From Methylophilaceae bacterium (GTDB lineage Bacteria; Pseudomonadota; Gammaproteobacteria; Burkholderiales; Methylophilaceae): 64,000 nucleotides of DNA. Numbering within the stretch: the stretch's first letter is position 1; each line of letters starts with the position of its first letter. The translations under genes and the position numbers were made by a program. The stretch covers positions 52,898 through 116,897 of the forward strand of contig JAPKBG010000003.1 of NCBI GenBank assembly GCA_028823485.1, written 5' to 3'. The notes beneath the pieces were generated by a model, which saw nothing but the letters and a program-made list of their open reading frames with translations, was not told where the DNA came from and ran no database searches. Shown here in pieces: positions 1-10,213 of the stretch.

Positions 1-249
1 GTCAGACATGACAATGTCATTTTATATGCGACTTCATGGTGTGGCTATTGCAAAAAAACCAGAGCATTCTTAGCTGAAAACAATATACAGCACACAGAGT
101 ATGATATTGAAACAACCATGCGAGGCCGTGATGGCCATGAAGCATTAGGTGGCGGCGGTGTACCTGTGTTGGATATTAAGGGTAATGTGGTGCATGGCTA
201 CAATGTCAGAAAAATGTCGTCAATATTAAGGTCTCTTGATTTAATGTGA
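1..249 (+). CDS. glutaredoxin-family protein, 5' end cut by the window edge
   Basis: Frame 1 reads ...ILYATSWCGYCKKTRAFLAENNIQHTEYDI...GVPVLDIKG..., with a CxxC redox motif and thioredoxin-fold pattern. TGA stop at 247-249. Confidence 0.6.
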   Translation, partial: VRHDNVILYATSWCGYCKKTRAFLAENNIQHTEYDIETTMRGRDGHEALGGGGVPVLDIKGNVVHGYNVRKMSSILRSLDLM

Positions 250-274
250 CTGACTTCTAAAAACGACCGCCAAT

Positions 275-302
275 AAAAAACCCGCAAGCTGCGGGTTTTT
301 TA
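275..302. terminator. bidirectional rho-independent terminator between convergent genes
   Basis: A-run, then cccgc/gcggg stem (281-285 / 291-295), then T-run. Confidence 0.7.
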
Positions 303-314
303 TTGGCATATCGC

Positions 315-974
315 TTATTTGGTGTAAGTTTTAACGCCATCGGCTGTTGCCAATAACAATACATCTGCTGAACGCGCTGCAAATAACCCATTAGTGACAA
401 CACCAACGATTTGATTCAGCTTCGCTTCGAAATCAACCGGATCGCTAATCGTTAAATTATGTACATCTAAAATCACATTGCCATTATCCGTTGTGAAGTC
501 ACGGAACTTAGGCTGACCACCTAGCTTAACAATTTCACGTGCCACTTGCGAGCGTGCCATTGGCAACACTTCTACTGGTAATGGAAATTTACCCATCACT
601 GGTACAAACTTCGTTTCATCACAAATACAGATGAATTTCTTAGCCACAGCAGCAACAATTTTCTCACGTGTTAATGCACCACCGCCGCCTTTTAACATAT
701 GTAGATGCTCAGTAATTTCATCAGCACCATCAACATAAATATCCATACCATCAACGTTATTCAAATCAAATACTTCAATCCCGTGGCCACGTAAAAGCTC
801 AGCTGTTGCTTCAGAACTAGCCACTGCACCTTCAATTTTGTGTTTAACTTTTGCCAACTCTTCAATAAAGTAATTAGCAGTAGAGCCTGTTCCAACACCA
901 ATAATGCCTTCTTTTACGTATTCAACCGCTGCTTTAGCAACCTGCTGTTTTAATTCATCTTGCGTATATGCCAT
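315..974 (-). CDS. rpiA: ribose-5-phosphate isomerase A
   Basis: [12 protein letters not shown]...[15 protein letters not shown]...DGADEI...[12 protein letters not shown] aligns along its length with E. coli RpiA. Start moved to the internal ATG at 974; the upstream ORF extension has no homology. Confidence 0.93.
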   Translation of the reverse strand: MAYTQDELKQQVAKAAVEYVKEGIIGVGTGSTANYFIEELAKVKHKIEGAVASSEATAELLRGHGIEVFDLNNVDGMDIYVDGADEITEHLHMLKGGGGALTREKIVAAVAKKFICICDETKFVPVMGKFPLPVEVLPMARSQVAREIVKLGGQPKFRDFTTDNGNVILDVHNLTISDPVDFEAKLNQIVGVVTNGLFAARSADVLLLATADGVKTYTK

Positions 975-1047
975 TTTAAGTAAATCCTTAACAAAGTCTT
1001 TATAATGTAACCAAGCATAACTATACACTGCTCCGCAAAATTTAAAC

Positions 1048-2571
1048 ATGTCAAAACTTACCCTACAAGGCTATCTCAACAACATCGAAAACTCTCATGT
1101 TTATGATGTGGCGATGAATACACCGCTTGATTTTCAACCAGTTTTATCGGCTCGACTCGGCAATCAAGTCTTGCTTAAACGCGAGGACATGCAGCCAATC
1201 TTTTCTTTCAAACTGCGTGGCGCTTATAACAAAATGGCCAATCTAACGGCCGAACAACTGAGTCGAGGTGTGATTGCCGCCAGTGCTGGCAACCATGCCC
1301 AAGGCGTAGCATTAGCGGCACAAAAGCTGAACTGCCGCGCCGTCATTGTGATGCCAACCACCACCCCGCGAATTAAAGTCAATGCAGTTAAAAGCCGTGG
1401 TGCTGAAGTGGTGTTAATCGGCGATAGTTATTCAGATGCTTATGAACATGCAACGAAGCTAGAGCAAACTGAACAGCTGACCTTTGTGCACCCCTATGAC
1501 GATCCTGATGTCATTGCGGGACAAGGCACGATAGGCATGGAGATTTTAGAAGCGCACCCTGAACCAATTGAAGCCATCTTCTGCTGTGTAGGCGGTGGCG
1601 GTTTAATTGCAGGTATTGCCGCTTACGTGAAGGCAAAGCGACCTGATATCAAAATTATTGGTGTCGAAGCAAAAGATGCTGAAGCAATGACAAAATCACT
1701 TAAAGAGCTGCAACGTATCACACTAGACCACGTCAGTTTGTTTGCCGATGGCGCTGCTGTTAAACAAGTTGGCGCACATACATTCGACTTATGTCAGCAA
1801 TATGTTGATGAAATGATTGTTGTCGACAATGATGCAATATGTGCGGCCATAAAAGATGTGTTTGAAGATACACGTAGCATTTTAGAACCAGCTGGTGCGC
1901 TTGCTGCCGCAGGCCTTAAGGCCTACGCTGAACGAGAGGGGGTTACTAACAAAACCTTAATCGGTATCGCTTCAGGTGCCAATATGAATTTCGATCGTTT
2001 ACGCTTCATTGCGGAACGTGCAGAGGTTGGTGAAAAGCGTGAGGCTGTACTAGCTGTTACGATTCCAGAAAAGCCTGGCGCTTTTAAAGCCTTCTGCCGC
2101 TTATTGGGCGACCGTAATATCACTGAGTTTAATTACCGTTATTCTGATACAAATGAAGCCCACATTTATGTAGGTGTCGCAGTCCATGATCCAGCAGAAA
2201 CTGTTGGTTTAGTTGCTAATTTAGAAGCGGAACATTTAGCCACTGTAGACCTCACCGATAATGAAATGGCAAAATTACATTGCCGCCATTTAGTCGGTGG
2301 ACGAGCGCCATTGGCGATACACGAAGTGGTGTATCGATTTGAGTTTCCAGAAAAACCATATGCTCTGATGCATTTTTTAGACAAAATGGGCCACGACTGG
2401 AATATCAGCTTATTCCACTACCGCAATCATGGCGCCGACTTTGGTCGCGTACTAGTCGGCATACAAGTGCCGCCAACTGAAATTAATGATTTTACCGATT
2501 TCCTAAACAGCTTAGGTTATCCATACTGGGATGAAAATGAGAACCCTGCTTACAAACTATTCTTAAGCTAA
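1048..2571 (+). CDS. ilvA: biosynthetic threonine ammonia-lyase (threonine dehydratase)
   Basis: 507 aa. PLP motif region ...[12 protein letters not shown]..., GGGGLIAG loop, and two C-terminal ACT-like regulatory repeats typical of IlvA. Confidence 0.93.
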   Translation: MSKLTLQGYLNNIENSHVYDVAMNTPLDFQPVLSARLGNQVLLKREDMQPIFSFKLRGAYNKMANLTAEQLSRGVIAASAGNHAQGVALAAQKLNCRAVIVMPTTTPRIKVNAVKSRGAEVVLIGDSYSDAYEHATKLEQTEQLTFVHPYDDPDVIAGQGTIGMEILEAHPEPIEAIFCCVGGGGLIAGIAAYVKAKRPDIKIIGVEAKDAEAMTKSLKELQRITLDHVSLFADGAAVKQVGAHTFDLCQQYVDEMIVVDNDAICAAIKDVFEDTRSILEPAGALAAAGLKAYAEREGVTNKTLIGIASGANMNFDRLRFIAERAEVGEKREAVLAVTIPEKPGAFKAFCRLLGDRNITEFNYRYSDTNEAHIYVGVAVHDPAETVGLVANLEAEHLATVDLTDNEMAKLHCRHLVGGRAPLAIHEVVYRFEFPEKPYALMHFLDKMGHDWNISLFHYRNHGADFGRVLVGIQVPPTEINDFTDFLNSLGYPYWDENENPAYKLFLS

Positions 2572-2757
2572 TGCATGTCGTGTTTGTATTTAGCCAATGG
2601 TGCAGCCAGTGTTTTGGTTATAATCAACCACCTAAAACCCTTTGGCTATTTTAAGTCACTGTCTAATCACGCTAAAATTAGTCGAACAACCAAGCATAGT
2701 TCTTGCATGATTACTTAGCTAGGCTTTATTAACTAGATCACACTTTGGAGAAAAAGA

Positions 2758-3897
2758 ATGAAAGTTATACCAACCTTTAACAAAGCAAGCATCAGCTTAC
2801 TCATGCTGGCACTCGTTGCTGGTATTGCTGGCTGTAGCCAAGAGCAAGCTACTGAAGCAGCAACAGACACAATGGCTGAAGAAGTTATTAGTGAAGCATC
2901 AAGCGGACTTGCCTATGTAACAAGCCAGAAATCTGATACTGCCGGCGTTAGTGTGATTGACCTTGCTACGATGGAAGTCGTGAACACATTTGACGTCAAA
3001 GCAGAAGGCCCTAGAGGCTTAGGCATTACTGAGGATGGCACGAAACTCATTGTTGCCACACGTGAAAACTCTAGCATTTCTGTGATTGATACAGCAACAG
3101 GTGAAGTGCTTCAACAAATCGAAGTGGGTAAAAATCCTGAGTTTGTTCGTGTAAGAGGTAACTTTGTCTTTATTTCATCAGAGCCAAGCGCAGTAGGTGG
3201 CCCTCCACCAAAACCTGGTTCAAAAGAAGCTGAAGAAGATGACGATGATGATGACAAAATCCCAGCGCGTATTGCGATTGTTGATTTAGCCAAAGGTGAG
3301 AAAATTAAAGAAATCGTCGGCGGCCCAGAAACAGAAGGCATTGAGTTTTCTGCTGACGGTCAAGAGATTGTGATTACCAACGAAGCTGACAACACCATCA
3401 CTGTCCATAACATTGAAACAGGTGAGTTAGTGAAAACGATTCACACGCATGAATATGGCGATCGTCCTCGTGGCATCAAAGTATCACCTGATGGCAAAAC
3501 ATACTTAGCAACACTTGAATACGGCAACAAATTCATGGTGCTAGATGCAGACTACAACGTTGTACGTGTGGTTGATACTGGAAAAGTACCTTACGGCATT
3601 TCTTTTGATTCAACTGGCGAGCATATTTATGTTGCGGCCAATAAAGAAAAAGCACTGCAAGTATTTGATGCAAAAACTTACGAGAAAATTAAAGACATTC
3701 CAACAGGGAACCGTTGCTGGCACTTTAGTTTCACGCCAGATGAGAAGCAGCTATTACTCGCTTGTGGAAAATCTGACGCAGTCTTTGTGATTGATACAGA
3801 GAAACAAGAAGTCACAAAAGAAATTCCAGTGGCTGATATGCCTTGGGGCATTGTAACTTACCCTAAATCAATGGGTAGTTTAGATACTAAGTTTTAA
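2758..3897 (+). CDS. YVTN-type beta-propeller lipoprotein
   Basis: Signal peptide with lipobox (LVAGIAGC). Repeated V.D...V...I.VG..P.G. propeller blades. Acidic insert EEDDDDDDK. Confidence 0.7.
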   Translation: MKVIPTFNKASISLLMLALVAGIAGCSQEQATEAATDTMAEEVISEASSGLAYVTSQKSDTAGVSVIDLATMEVVNTFDVKAEGPRGLGITEDGTKLIVATRENSSISVIDTATGEVLQQIEVGKNPEFVRVRGNFVFISSEPSAVGGPPPKPGSKEAEEDDDDDDKIPARIAIVDLAKGEKIKEIVGGPETEGIEFSADGQEIVITNEADNTITVHNIETGELVKTIHTHEYGDRPRGIKVSPDGKTYLATLEYGNKFMVLDADYNVVRVVDTGKVPYGISFDSTGEHIYVAANKEKALQVFDAKTYEKIKDIPTGNRCWHFSFTPDEKQLLLACGKSDAVFVIDTEKQEVTKEIPVADMPWGIVTYPKSMGSLDTKF

Positions 3898-3918
3898 TTC
3901 ACTTAAAGCAATTAAGGG

Positions 3919-3945
3919 AAAGCCTCGCATTGCGAGGCTTTTTTC
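3919..3945 (+). terminator. rho-independent terminator
   Basis: agcctcg / cgaggct stem followed by TTTTTT, directly after the stop codon at 3897. Confidence 0.7.
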
Positions 3946-4096
3946 CTAATAGCTTCCGTACAGTTAAAAGACTAACACTTCCCCTTTACCATCAGATCGC
4001 TATACTCATCAGGTGAAATCAAACCATGAAATTATGTGCATACCATGCATTTTCTTTTGGTATCATAAGTGAAGTTTACAACATTAGGTTAATCGC

Positions 4097-4456
4097 ATGG
4101 CGTGTAACGTTTTAGGCACCAATTTACAAGTGTGTGGATTAACACCCCTTACTGGATTTACGCGCACTGGCTGTTGCGATACAGGACCAGAAGATTTAGG
4201 TAGCCATACGGTTTGTGTACAAGTAACGGATGAATTTCTCGCATTCTCTATATCACAAGGCAATGATTTAAGCACGCCAAGGCCCGAGCATGATTTTAAA
4301 GGGCTAAAAGCTGGTGACCGCTGGTGCCTTTGCGCCGCACGTTGGCTAGAAGCCAGTCAGGATGGCTTTGCGCCGCCAGTGATCTTAGAGGCGTGTCATG
4401 AAAAGTGTTTGGATGTTGTCAGTCTAGCTGATTTGAAATATCACGAGCTACGTTAA
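4097..4456 (+). CDS. DUF2237 family protein
   Basis: NVLGTNLQVCG..PLTGFTRTGCC.TGPED.G.HTVC...GDRWCLCAARW is the characteristic DUF2237 pattern. Confidence 0.75.
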   Translation: MACNVLGTNLQVCGLTPLTGFTRTGCCDTGPEDLGSHTVCVQVTDEFLAFSISQGNDLSTPRPEHDFKGLKAGDRWCLCAARWLEASQDGFAPPVILEACHEKCLDVVSLADLKYHELR

Positions 4457-4605
4457 AGCCCGCAGGTTTTGTATGACTGAAGTCAAATCAAAGAAAGTAA
4501 TTTAGATTTTATCGATGTAAGTGCAAGGCGCTTGAACGGACACAGTACGATTAGTACGATGAGAGAACAGCAGCGCCGCAGTTGTATTGCTAAAATGAAA
4601 ATTTA

Positions 4606-4802
4606 TTTTCTCTGGTGTTACCTGAACCTTAATCCTGAACCTGTAAGGATCAGGTGGTAACAACTTAAGGCATTTTAGGCTCACTCACCAAGAGTCGCTT
4701 AAAAGCAAACTCAATTTAGAGCAATCACACCATGCCTGATGAGTCGAAACCTATTGTGTAAACTAGTTCAAGGAATATTGATTCAGGCAACACCAGAGAA
4801 AA
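4606..4802 (-). ncRNA. ssrS: 6S RNA
   Basis: Lies immediately downstream of zapA, as in E. coli. The 5' end UUUUCUCUGGUGUUGCCUGAA (rc of 4782-4800) pairs with the 3' end UUCAGGUAACACCAGAGAA (rc of 4608-4626) to form the long closing stem. Internal GGUGAG and GCCUUAA motifs match E. coli 6S. End coordinates are approximate. Confidence 0.7.
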
Positions 4803-4858
4803 CAAATTGAATGATAGAGCAGAGATGTGACACGATTTTCATGAGTTAGCTTTGTTGA

Positions 4859-5164
4859 TTACAGTAATTTATTTTGCTCTGCAATGGCTTCATCAATTTG
4901 ATTCTGCATTACAGCAATCCTACGCTTATAATCGCCAATGTCAACGCCGCCACTTTTTGTATTGAGCACTTCATGAGAGAGATTCAAGGCTGCCATCATT
5001 GCGATACGCTCTACACCCACCACCTTGCCAGAATCTCGTATATCGCGCATTTTTTTTTCAAGGTAGTCAACGGCATCCATCAGCGCCTGACGCTCCTCAT
5101 CGGTGCAGGAAACGGTGAATTCACGGCCCATAATTTGTACGTCTACTGACTTTGCTTTACTCAT
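4859..5164 (-). CDS. zapA: cell division protein ZapA
   Basis: 101 aa; VDVQIMGREFTVSC..EERQALMDAVDYLEKKMRDIR matches ZapA. Confidence 0.9.
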   Translation of the reverse strand: MSKAKSVDVQIMGREFTVSCTDEERQALMDAVDYLEKKMRDIRDSGKVVGVERIAMMAALNLSHEVLNTKSGGVDIGDYKRRIAVMQNQIDEAIAEQNKLL

Positions 5165-5382
5165 GCGGCCTCTTCACCTTGTGGCAGTTTTTCTAATAGT
5201 CCTTCGAGCCTAACACTAGCTTGCGCCATCTTATTTTTTAATGCGTCTGATTTCTCACGTAACCCCTCGTTTTCTTCGCGCAGGGAACCGCACAAAGCAA
5301 TCAGCTTTGATATTCTTTCTTCTAGTTCTTTTATATCGTCATCCATAGCCCCACTATAATTGAAAAATTCTATATTAGTCAA
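5161..5382 (-). CDS. coiled-coil protein (TIGR02449 / ZapB-like), translationally coupled to zapA
   Basis: 73 aa with a heptad-rich sequence (LEERISKLIALCGSLREENEGLREK). 4-bp overlap with the zapA start. Confidence 0.6.
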   Translation of the reverse strand: MTNIEFFNYSGAMDDDIKELEERISKLIALCGSLREENEGLREKSDALKNKMAQASVRLEGLLEKLPQGEEAA

Positions 5383-5446
5383 CAGCTAACATGGGCTATT
5401 CAAAGTAAATTAACATAATTAACATTGTGTTGCATTCAAGTATTCG

Positions 5447-5474
5447 TTGTTTTTTCTTAAACATCCATTATAAT
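5447..5474 (+). promoter_or_regulatory. candidate sigma70 promoter of the btuB operon
   Basis: TTGTTT (5447-5452), 16-bp spacer, TATAAT (5469-5474), about 10 nt before the riboswitch. Confidence 0.35.
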
Positions 5475-5482
5475 CCCTAATG

Positions 5483-5690
5483 TTGTCAGGTGCCTTGTTG
5501 CTTTTCAAGTAACGAGGTGAAACTGGGAAATAGGTGAGTTAGAGTATATTTAATAAGTCCTATGCTGCCCCCGCAACGGTAAGTGAGTTTACATTTGATT
5601 TTGCAACCAGCCACTGAGCTTTAAAGCTTGGGAAGGCGCAACATCTAATCTCACAAGCCCGGAGACCGGCCTCGCAACAACCAGCCTAAT
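5483..5690 (+). promoter_or_regulatory. cobalamin (AdoCbl) riboswitch aptamer
   Basis: Conserved blocks GGUGAAACUGGGAA, GCUGCCCCCGCAACGGUAA, GCCACUG and GGGAAGGC, plus the B12 box AAGCCCGGAGACCGGCC (5655-5671). P1 arms are guugc/gcaac. A 7-bp hairpin at 5831-5848 precedes the btuB RBS. Confidence 0.85.
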
Positions 5691-5865
5691 ATTAGGCGCG
5701 CTAGGAAATGCCGCGGGGTGCGGTCATCAAAAGCTGCACTGCTCTTATTGAATTCGTTGCCATTGCATCAACTTAATTACACAGTATGCATTTTGTCTGC
5801 TCTACCCTTCTACATTCCCTAGTTTTAAACATACATGCGGGGTCGCATGTCATTAGGGAAAAGTA

Positions 5866-7725
5866 ATGAACAAAACAATTATCGCCAGTCTAATCGGACT
5901 AGCATTTACACCTTTGGCTTTCTCAGCTGAAAATATTAATGTTGATGATGTTGTCATATCGGCGACAAGAACAGCACAATCCAGTAAAAATGTGGTTGCA
6001 GACGTTACAGTGATTGGCCGTGAAGAAATCGAGCGAGCAGGTGCCGCATCCGTTTCTGATATTTTAAGTAGACAACCTGGCGTACAAATTACGACAAATG
6101 GTGGTGCTGGAAAAGCTAGCAGTATCTTCTTACGCGGCACCAATTCTAGCCATGTCGTGGTATTAGTTGATGGCTTACGTATCAACTCAGCAACATTAGG
6201 TACGACTTCATTTGAAAATATTCCAGTCGCACAAATCGAAAAAATCGAAATCTTACGAGGCCCAGCATCCAGTTTATACGGTGCGGATGCTATCGGCGGT
6301 GTGATTCAAATTTTCACTAAAAGAAATTTATCAGAAAAACCACGCATTCATGCAGCAACTGGCTTAGGTTCTTACGGTACAAAAACAGCAGAAGCTGGCA
6401 TTGGTGGTAAGTATAAGGATTTGCAATACGGCTTAAACGTTAGTCATTTTGATACCAATGGATTCTCATCTATCCGCAAACGTGGCGGTACTTTCGACAA
6501 AGATAACGATGCTTATAGCAACTTAAGTGCATCTGGCTTTCTTGAGCTAACATTAAAACCAGGCCATACATGGGGCCTGCAATTTTTTGAAAGCCAAGGA
6601 CGGAATGAAAACGACAGTGGCAATGATAACTTCGATGACTATGGCAAGCAAACTTTACAAAGCTACGCATTTACCAGTAAAAACCAATTTTCAGACTTTT
6701 GGCACAGCACATTCACGTTAGGTGTCGGTGTCGATCGCTCAAAAAATTACTCTGCAAGTGGCATCAGTAAGTTCCGTACAAACCAACAACAAATCACATG
6801 GCAAAATGATTTAACCCTGCCACTTGGCACATTAACGCTAGCTTATGACCACCTCGGTCAAAAAATAGATAGCTCAAATAACTATGCAGAAGACGAACGC
6901 AACACTGACGGTTTTTTAGTCAGCTATTTGCTTAATCAAGGTAATCACACGTTACAAGCGTCACTGAGAGAGGACCATAACTCACAGTATGGTAACTACA
7001 CAACTGGCGGACTAGGTTACGGCTATCGCTTTACGCCGGCATGGCGTATTTCTGCTAACTATGGCAAAGCCTTTAAAGCACCGACCTTTAACCAACTATA
7101 CTACCCAAATTTTGGCAACCCTGCTTTAGCGCCTGAAAAATCTGATAATGTCGATGTGGCCGTTCAATATACAGGGACGCGTTTCAACGGTGGTATCACA
7201 GTGTTTCAAAACAAAATCAGAAGCCTAATTGCCAATGCAGGACCAGCTGCTGGCACTTGTACATATGCGGGATACTGCCCTTTCAACGTAGGAAAAGTTG
7301 ACATTCAAGGCATCACATTTGATGGACAATGGGATATTACAGACAGCCTGTTGCTCAGTGGCAACTATACGGTTCAATCTCCACGCGATGAGCAAACTGA
7401 CCAGTTATTAGTCCGCAGAAGTAACCGTTACGGTGCAATTAACCTATTGCATTCTGTAGGTGATTTACAGTGGGGTGCTGAAGTATCTGGCACTTCAACT
7501 CGCTATAACAATGCAGCAAATACCAAGCAAATGGGCGGTTATATGCTCGTTAACTTAACGGCTAATTACAAACTGAATGCTGAATGGAAGCTGGAAGCAC
7601 GTGCTAATAACATGCTTGATAAAGAGTATGCGCTTGCATTCACAGGGAATGGTGACACTTCACCAGCCTACAATACTGCAGGTAGTAATCTGTTCGCTGG
7701 CTTACGTTACGACATGAAACCATAA
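5866..7725 (+). CDS. btuB: TonB-dependent vitamin B12 outer-membrane receptor
   Basis: Signal peptide, TonB box DDVVISATR, plug motifs (RGP.S.LYG.DAIGGVIQI), C-terminal barrel ending in ...GLRYDMKP. Sits directly behind the B12 riboswitch. Confidence 0.9.
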   Translation: MNKTIIASLIGLAFTPLAFSAENINVDDVVISATRTAQSSKNVVADVTVIGREEIERAGAASVSDILSRQPGVQITTNGGAGKASSIFLRGTNSSHVVVLVDGLRINSATLGTTSFENIPVAQIEKIEILRGPASSLYGADAIGGVIQIFTKRNLSEKPRIHAATGLGSYGTKTAEAGIGGKYKDLQYGLNVSHFDTNGFSSIRKRGGTFDKDNDAYSNLSASGFLELTLKPGHTWGLQFFESQGRNENDSGNDNFDDYGKQTLQSYAFTSKNQFSDFWHSTFTLGVGVDRSKNYSASGISKFRTNQQQITWQNDLTLPLGTLTLAYDHLGQKIDSSNNYAEDERNTDGFLVSYLLNQGNHTLQASLREDHNSQYGNYTTGGLGYGYRFTPAWRISANYGKAFKAPTFNQLYYPNFGNPALAPEKSDNVDVAVQYTGTRFNGGITVFQNKIRSLIANAGPAAGTCTYAGYCPFNVGKVDIQGITFDGQWDITDSLLLSGNYTVQSPRDEQTDQLLVRRSNRYGAINLLHSVGDLQWGAEVSGTSTRYNNAANTKQMGGYMLVNLTANYKLNAEWKLEARANNMLDKEYALAFTGNGDTSPAYNTAGSNLFAGLRYDMKP

Positions 7726-7764
7726 ATTCAGGTTAAAATTGCAACTATTAATTGAATATCACAG

Positions 7765-8346
7765 ATGGAGCAGTCAATGTTAACACTTTCTAAAACCCAC
7801 CAAATCATCATTGGTGTGGCACTTGCAGCACTAGTCTTTGTTACGCGTGGCGACCACTTTTCCTCGCTCAACAACTTACCTGCGGCATCATTGTCAGTGT
7901 TTTTCTTGGCTGGCTTCTATCTACGTCCTAGTTGGTTTTTCCCTGCATTACTAGCACTCTGTTTTGGGATTGATTTCTATGCCATCACAAAGGGCGGCGT
8001 TAGCAGCTTCTGCGTGACGCCATCTTATGGCTTCTTATTGCCTGCTTACGGCACACTTTGGCTAGCGGGTCGTTGGTTTAACAATCAATACAGCTTTAGC
8101 GGCAAAGCATTACTACCTCTTGTTGGCAGTGTTGCAGTTGCTGCTTTTGTCAGTGAGTTACTCTCTAGCGGTGGCTTCTACTTCTTTGGTGGTCGTTTTG
8201 CTGACCCTACGTTTGCAGTGTTCGGTGAACGCTTAATGAAGTACTTCCCTCAGCAATTAGACGGTATTGGCTTTTGGTTGGTTACTGCACTCGTAGTACA
8301 TGTTGTATTCACGCTAGCGAATCGCGTTAACCGCGCTAAAGCATAA
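7765..8346 (+). CDS. 6-TM membrane protein of unknown function in the B12 operon (candidate BtuM-like inner-membrane cobalamin transporter)
   Basis: 193 aa with about six hydrophobic helices. Lies between btuB and cobO, and its stop overlaps the cobO start (TAATG). The functional call rests on context only. Confidence 0.5.
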   Translation: MEQSMLTLSKTHQIIIGVALAALVFVTRGDHFSSLNNLPAASLSVFFLAGFYLRPSWFFPALLALCFGIDFYAITKGGVSSFCVTPSYGFLLPAYGTLWLAGRWFNNQYSFSGKALLPLVGSVAVAAFVSELLSSGGFYFFGGRFADPTFAVFGERLMKYFPQQLDGIGFWLVTALVVHVVFTLANRVNRAKA

Positions 8347-8951
8347 TGACTGATACTGGCATCAATGCGCGCCACAAGGCGCGCATGGAGCGCAAAAAAG
8401 CACATATTGACCAGTCTATCGAAAAAGCAGACCAAGAAAAGGGTCTGCTTTTAGTTTTAACGGGCAATGGTAAAGGCAAAAGTTCTTCTGCATTTGGCAT
8501 GATGGCGCGATCATTAGGCTATGGCATGAAAGTCGGTGTGGCGCAGTTTATCAAAGGCCGTAGCGATACTGGTGAAGAAGCTTTTTTTGCGCGGCAAGAA
8601 AACGTAGAGTGGCATGTCTTAGGTGAAGGCTTTACTTGGAACACCCAAGACCGTGAAGGCGATATCAAAACAGCCATCGCGGGCTGGGAAACCACTAAAA
8701 CCATGCTGCAAAACCCTGAGATTGCATTAGTCATTCTAGATGAACTAACCTACCCCATTAAATATGGCTACCTTGATGAAGCCACGATTCTGGCTGATAT
8801 CGCAGCACGCCCTTCCCAACAGCATGTCGTTGTGACTGGTCGTGGCGCGTCTGAGGCCTTCATTGAATTAGCTGATACAGTGAGCGAGCTTAAAGATGTT
8901 AAACATGCATACAGAGCTGGCATCAAGGCACAAGCTGGCATCGACTTATAA
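8346..8951 (+). CDS. cobO: cob(I)yrinic acid a,c-diamide adenosyltransferase
   Basis: KGLLLVLTGNGKGKSSSAFG P-loop, ...LVILDELTY..., ...HVVVTGRGA...ADTVSEL..VKH: the CobO/BtuR pattern. Confidence 0.9.
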   Translation: MTDTGINARHKARMERKKAHIDQSIEKADQEKGLLLVLTGNGKGKSSSAFGMMARSLGYGMKVGVAQFIKGRSDTGEEAFFARQENVEWHVLGEGFTWNTQDREGDIKTAIAGWETTKTMLQNPEIALVILDELTYPIKYGYLDEATILADIAARPSQQHVVVTGRGASEAFIELADTVSELKDVKHAYRAGIKAQAGIDL

Positions 8952-10213
8952 TGCAATGTCCTGCTGCTCTTGTTTCAGCGCCAGCCTCTGGGCAAGGTAA
9001 GACTTTAGTAGCATCTGCCATGGCCCGCGCTTGGCGTGACCAAGGCCTTAATGTCATTGCCTTTAAATGCGGGCCTGACTTCATTGATAGCATGGTATTA
9101 AAAGCCGCCACGGGCAATCCCGTTTACAACTTAGATTTAGGTATGTGCGGATTAGCCGATGGCCAAGCGCAACTCCACCATGCAGCACAATCTGCCGATG
9201 TCATTATCTTAGAAGGCGTGATGGGTTTATATGATGGCACACCATCAACAGCCGACATTGCCAAAGCCTTTAATATTCCTGTTGCATTAGTGATTGATGC
9301 CAGTGGCATGGCACAAACCTTTGCAGCCATTACACACGGCTTATATGATTTTGACCCTGCCATCATCAAAGCAGGCGTTGTCGCCAATAAAGTCGGTAGT
9401 GCAGGCCATGCAAAAATGCTAGAAGCGGCATTACTAACAGAAACACCATGGTTGGGTGCGGTAGCGAGAGATGAACAATTCAGCCTGCCAGAAAGGCACT
9501 TAGGCCTACATCTAGCCAATGAAATTACCGATTTAGATGCGCGCATTTCCGAGGCATCCAAAGCGTTAACGGTTAATGGCGATTTAGCATTACCGCCAAC
9601 TGTTTCTTTTGAGGCCCCCGCGCACAATACAACCGATCAGTTACTGGCTGGCAAAACCATTGCCATCGCACGTGATGCTGCTTTTTGTTTTATCTATCCA
9701 GCCAATATCGATTGCTTAGAAGCACTCGGTGCTACGCTGATTTACTTTTCATTGCTCAACGACAATGCGCTACCAGAAGCCGATGCTTATTGGATCCCTG
9801 GTGGGTACCCTGAATTGCATTTAGAAATCATTCAACAAAACAGCGAAATGCGTACGAGTTTAGCGAAAGCAGTTGCTGACAACAAGCCAATACTCGCGGA
9901 GTGTGGTGGCATGATGGCGCTAGGTGAAACCTTAAATGGTAGCCCTACTTTTGGCTTACTAGCAGGTAATAGTCAGATTCAGACCAAGCTACAAGGGCTA
10001 GGCACGCAGCATCTGGAAACAGATGTGGGCACGATAGGTGCACATACTTTTCATTATGGAAAGTTTGAATCGTCAATTACGCCAAGCCATACTGCCAAAG
10101 GTAAATATGGCGCAGGTGAGGCGATTTACCAGTACAAAAGTATCACAGCGAGTTTCCTACACTTTTACTTTCCGTCTAACCACCAACTCACTGCAGCATT
10201 TTTCACGTCATGA
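8951..10213 (+). CDS. cbiA: cobyrinate a,c-diamide synthase
   Basis: N-terminal ATPase domain (SGQGKT, KCGPDFID) and C-terminal GATase domain (ILAECGGMMAL). Confidence 0.85.
   Translation: MQCPAALVSAPASGQGKTLVASAMARAWRDQGLNVIAFKCGPDFIDSMVLKAATGNPVYNLDLGMCGLADGQAQLHHAAQSADVIILEGVMGLYDGTPSTADIAKAFNIPVALVIDASGMAQTFAAITHGLYDFDPAIIKAGVVANKVGSAGHAKMLEAALLTETPWLGAVARDEQFSLPERHLGLHLANEITDLDARISEASKALTVNGDLALPPTVSFEAPAHNTTDQLLAGKTIAIARDAAFCFIYPANIDCLEALGATLIYFSLLNDNALPEADAYWIPGGYPELHLEIIQQNSEMRTSLAKAVADNKPILAECGGMMALGETLNGSPTFGLLAGNSQIQTKLQGLGTQHLETDVGTIGAHTFHYGKFESSITPSHTAKGKYGAGEAIYQYKSITASFLHFYFPSNHQLTAAFFTS

Noticed and set aside
3236-3256. GAT/GAC codon run (gaagatgacgatgatgatgac) considered as a slippage-prone or phase-variable repeat.
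   Set aside because: It is an imperfect trinucleotide run in frame, encoding an acidic loop (EEDDDDDD). Length changes would keep the frame, so there is no evidence of phase variation.
4502-4684. 60-aa minus-strand ORF between the DUF2237 gene and zapA.
   Set aside because: It overlaps the 3' part of the 6S RNA, which explains its conservation-like appearance. It has no RBS.
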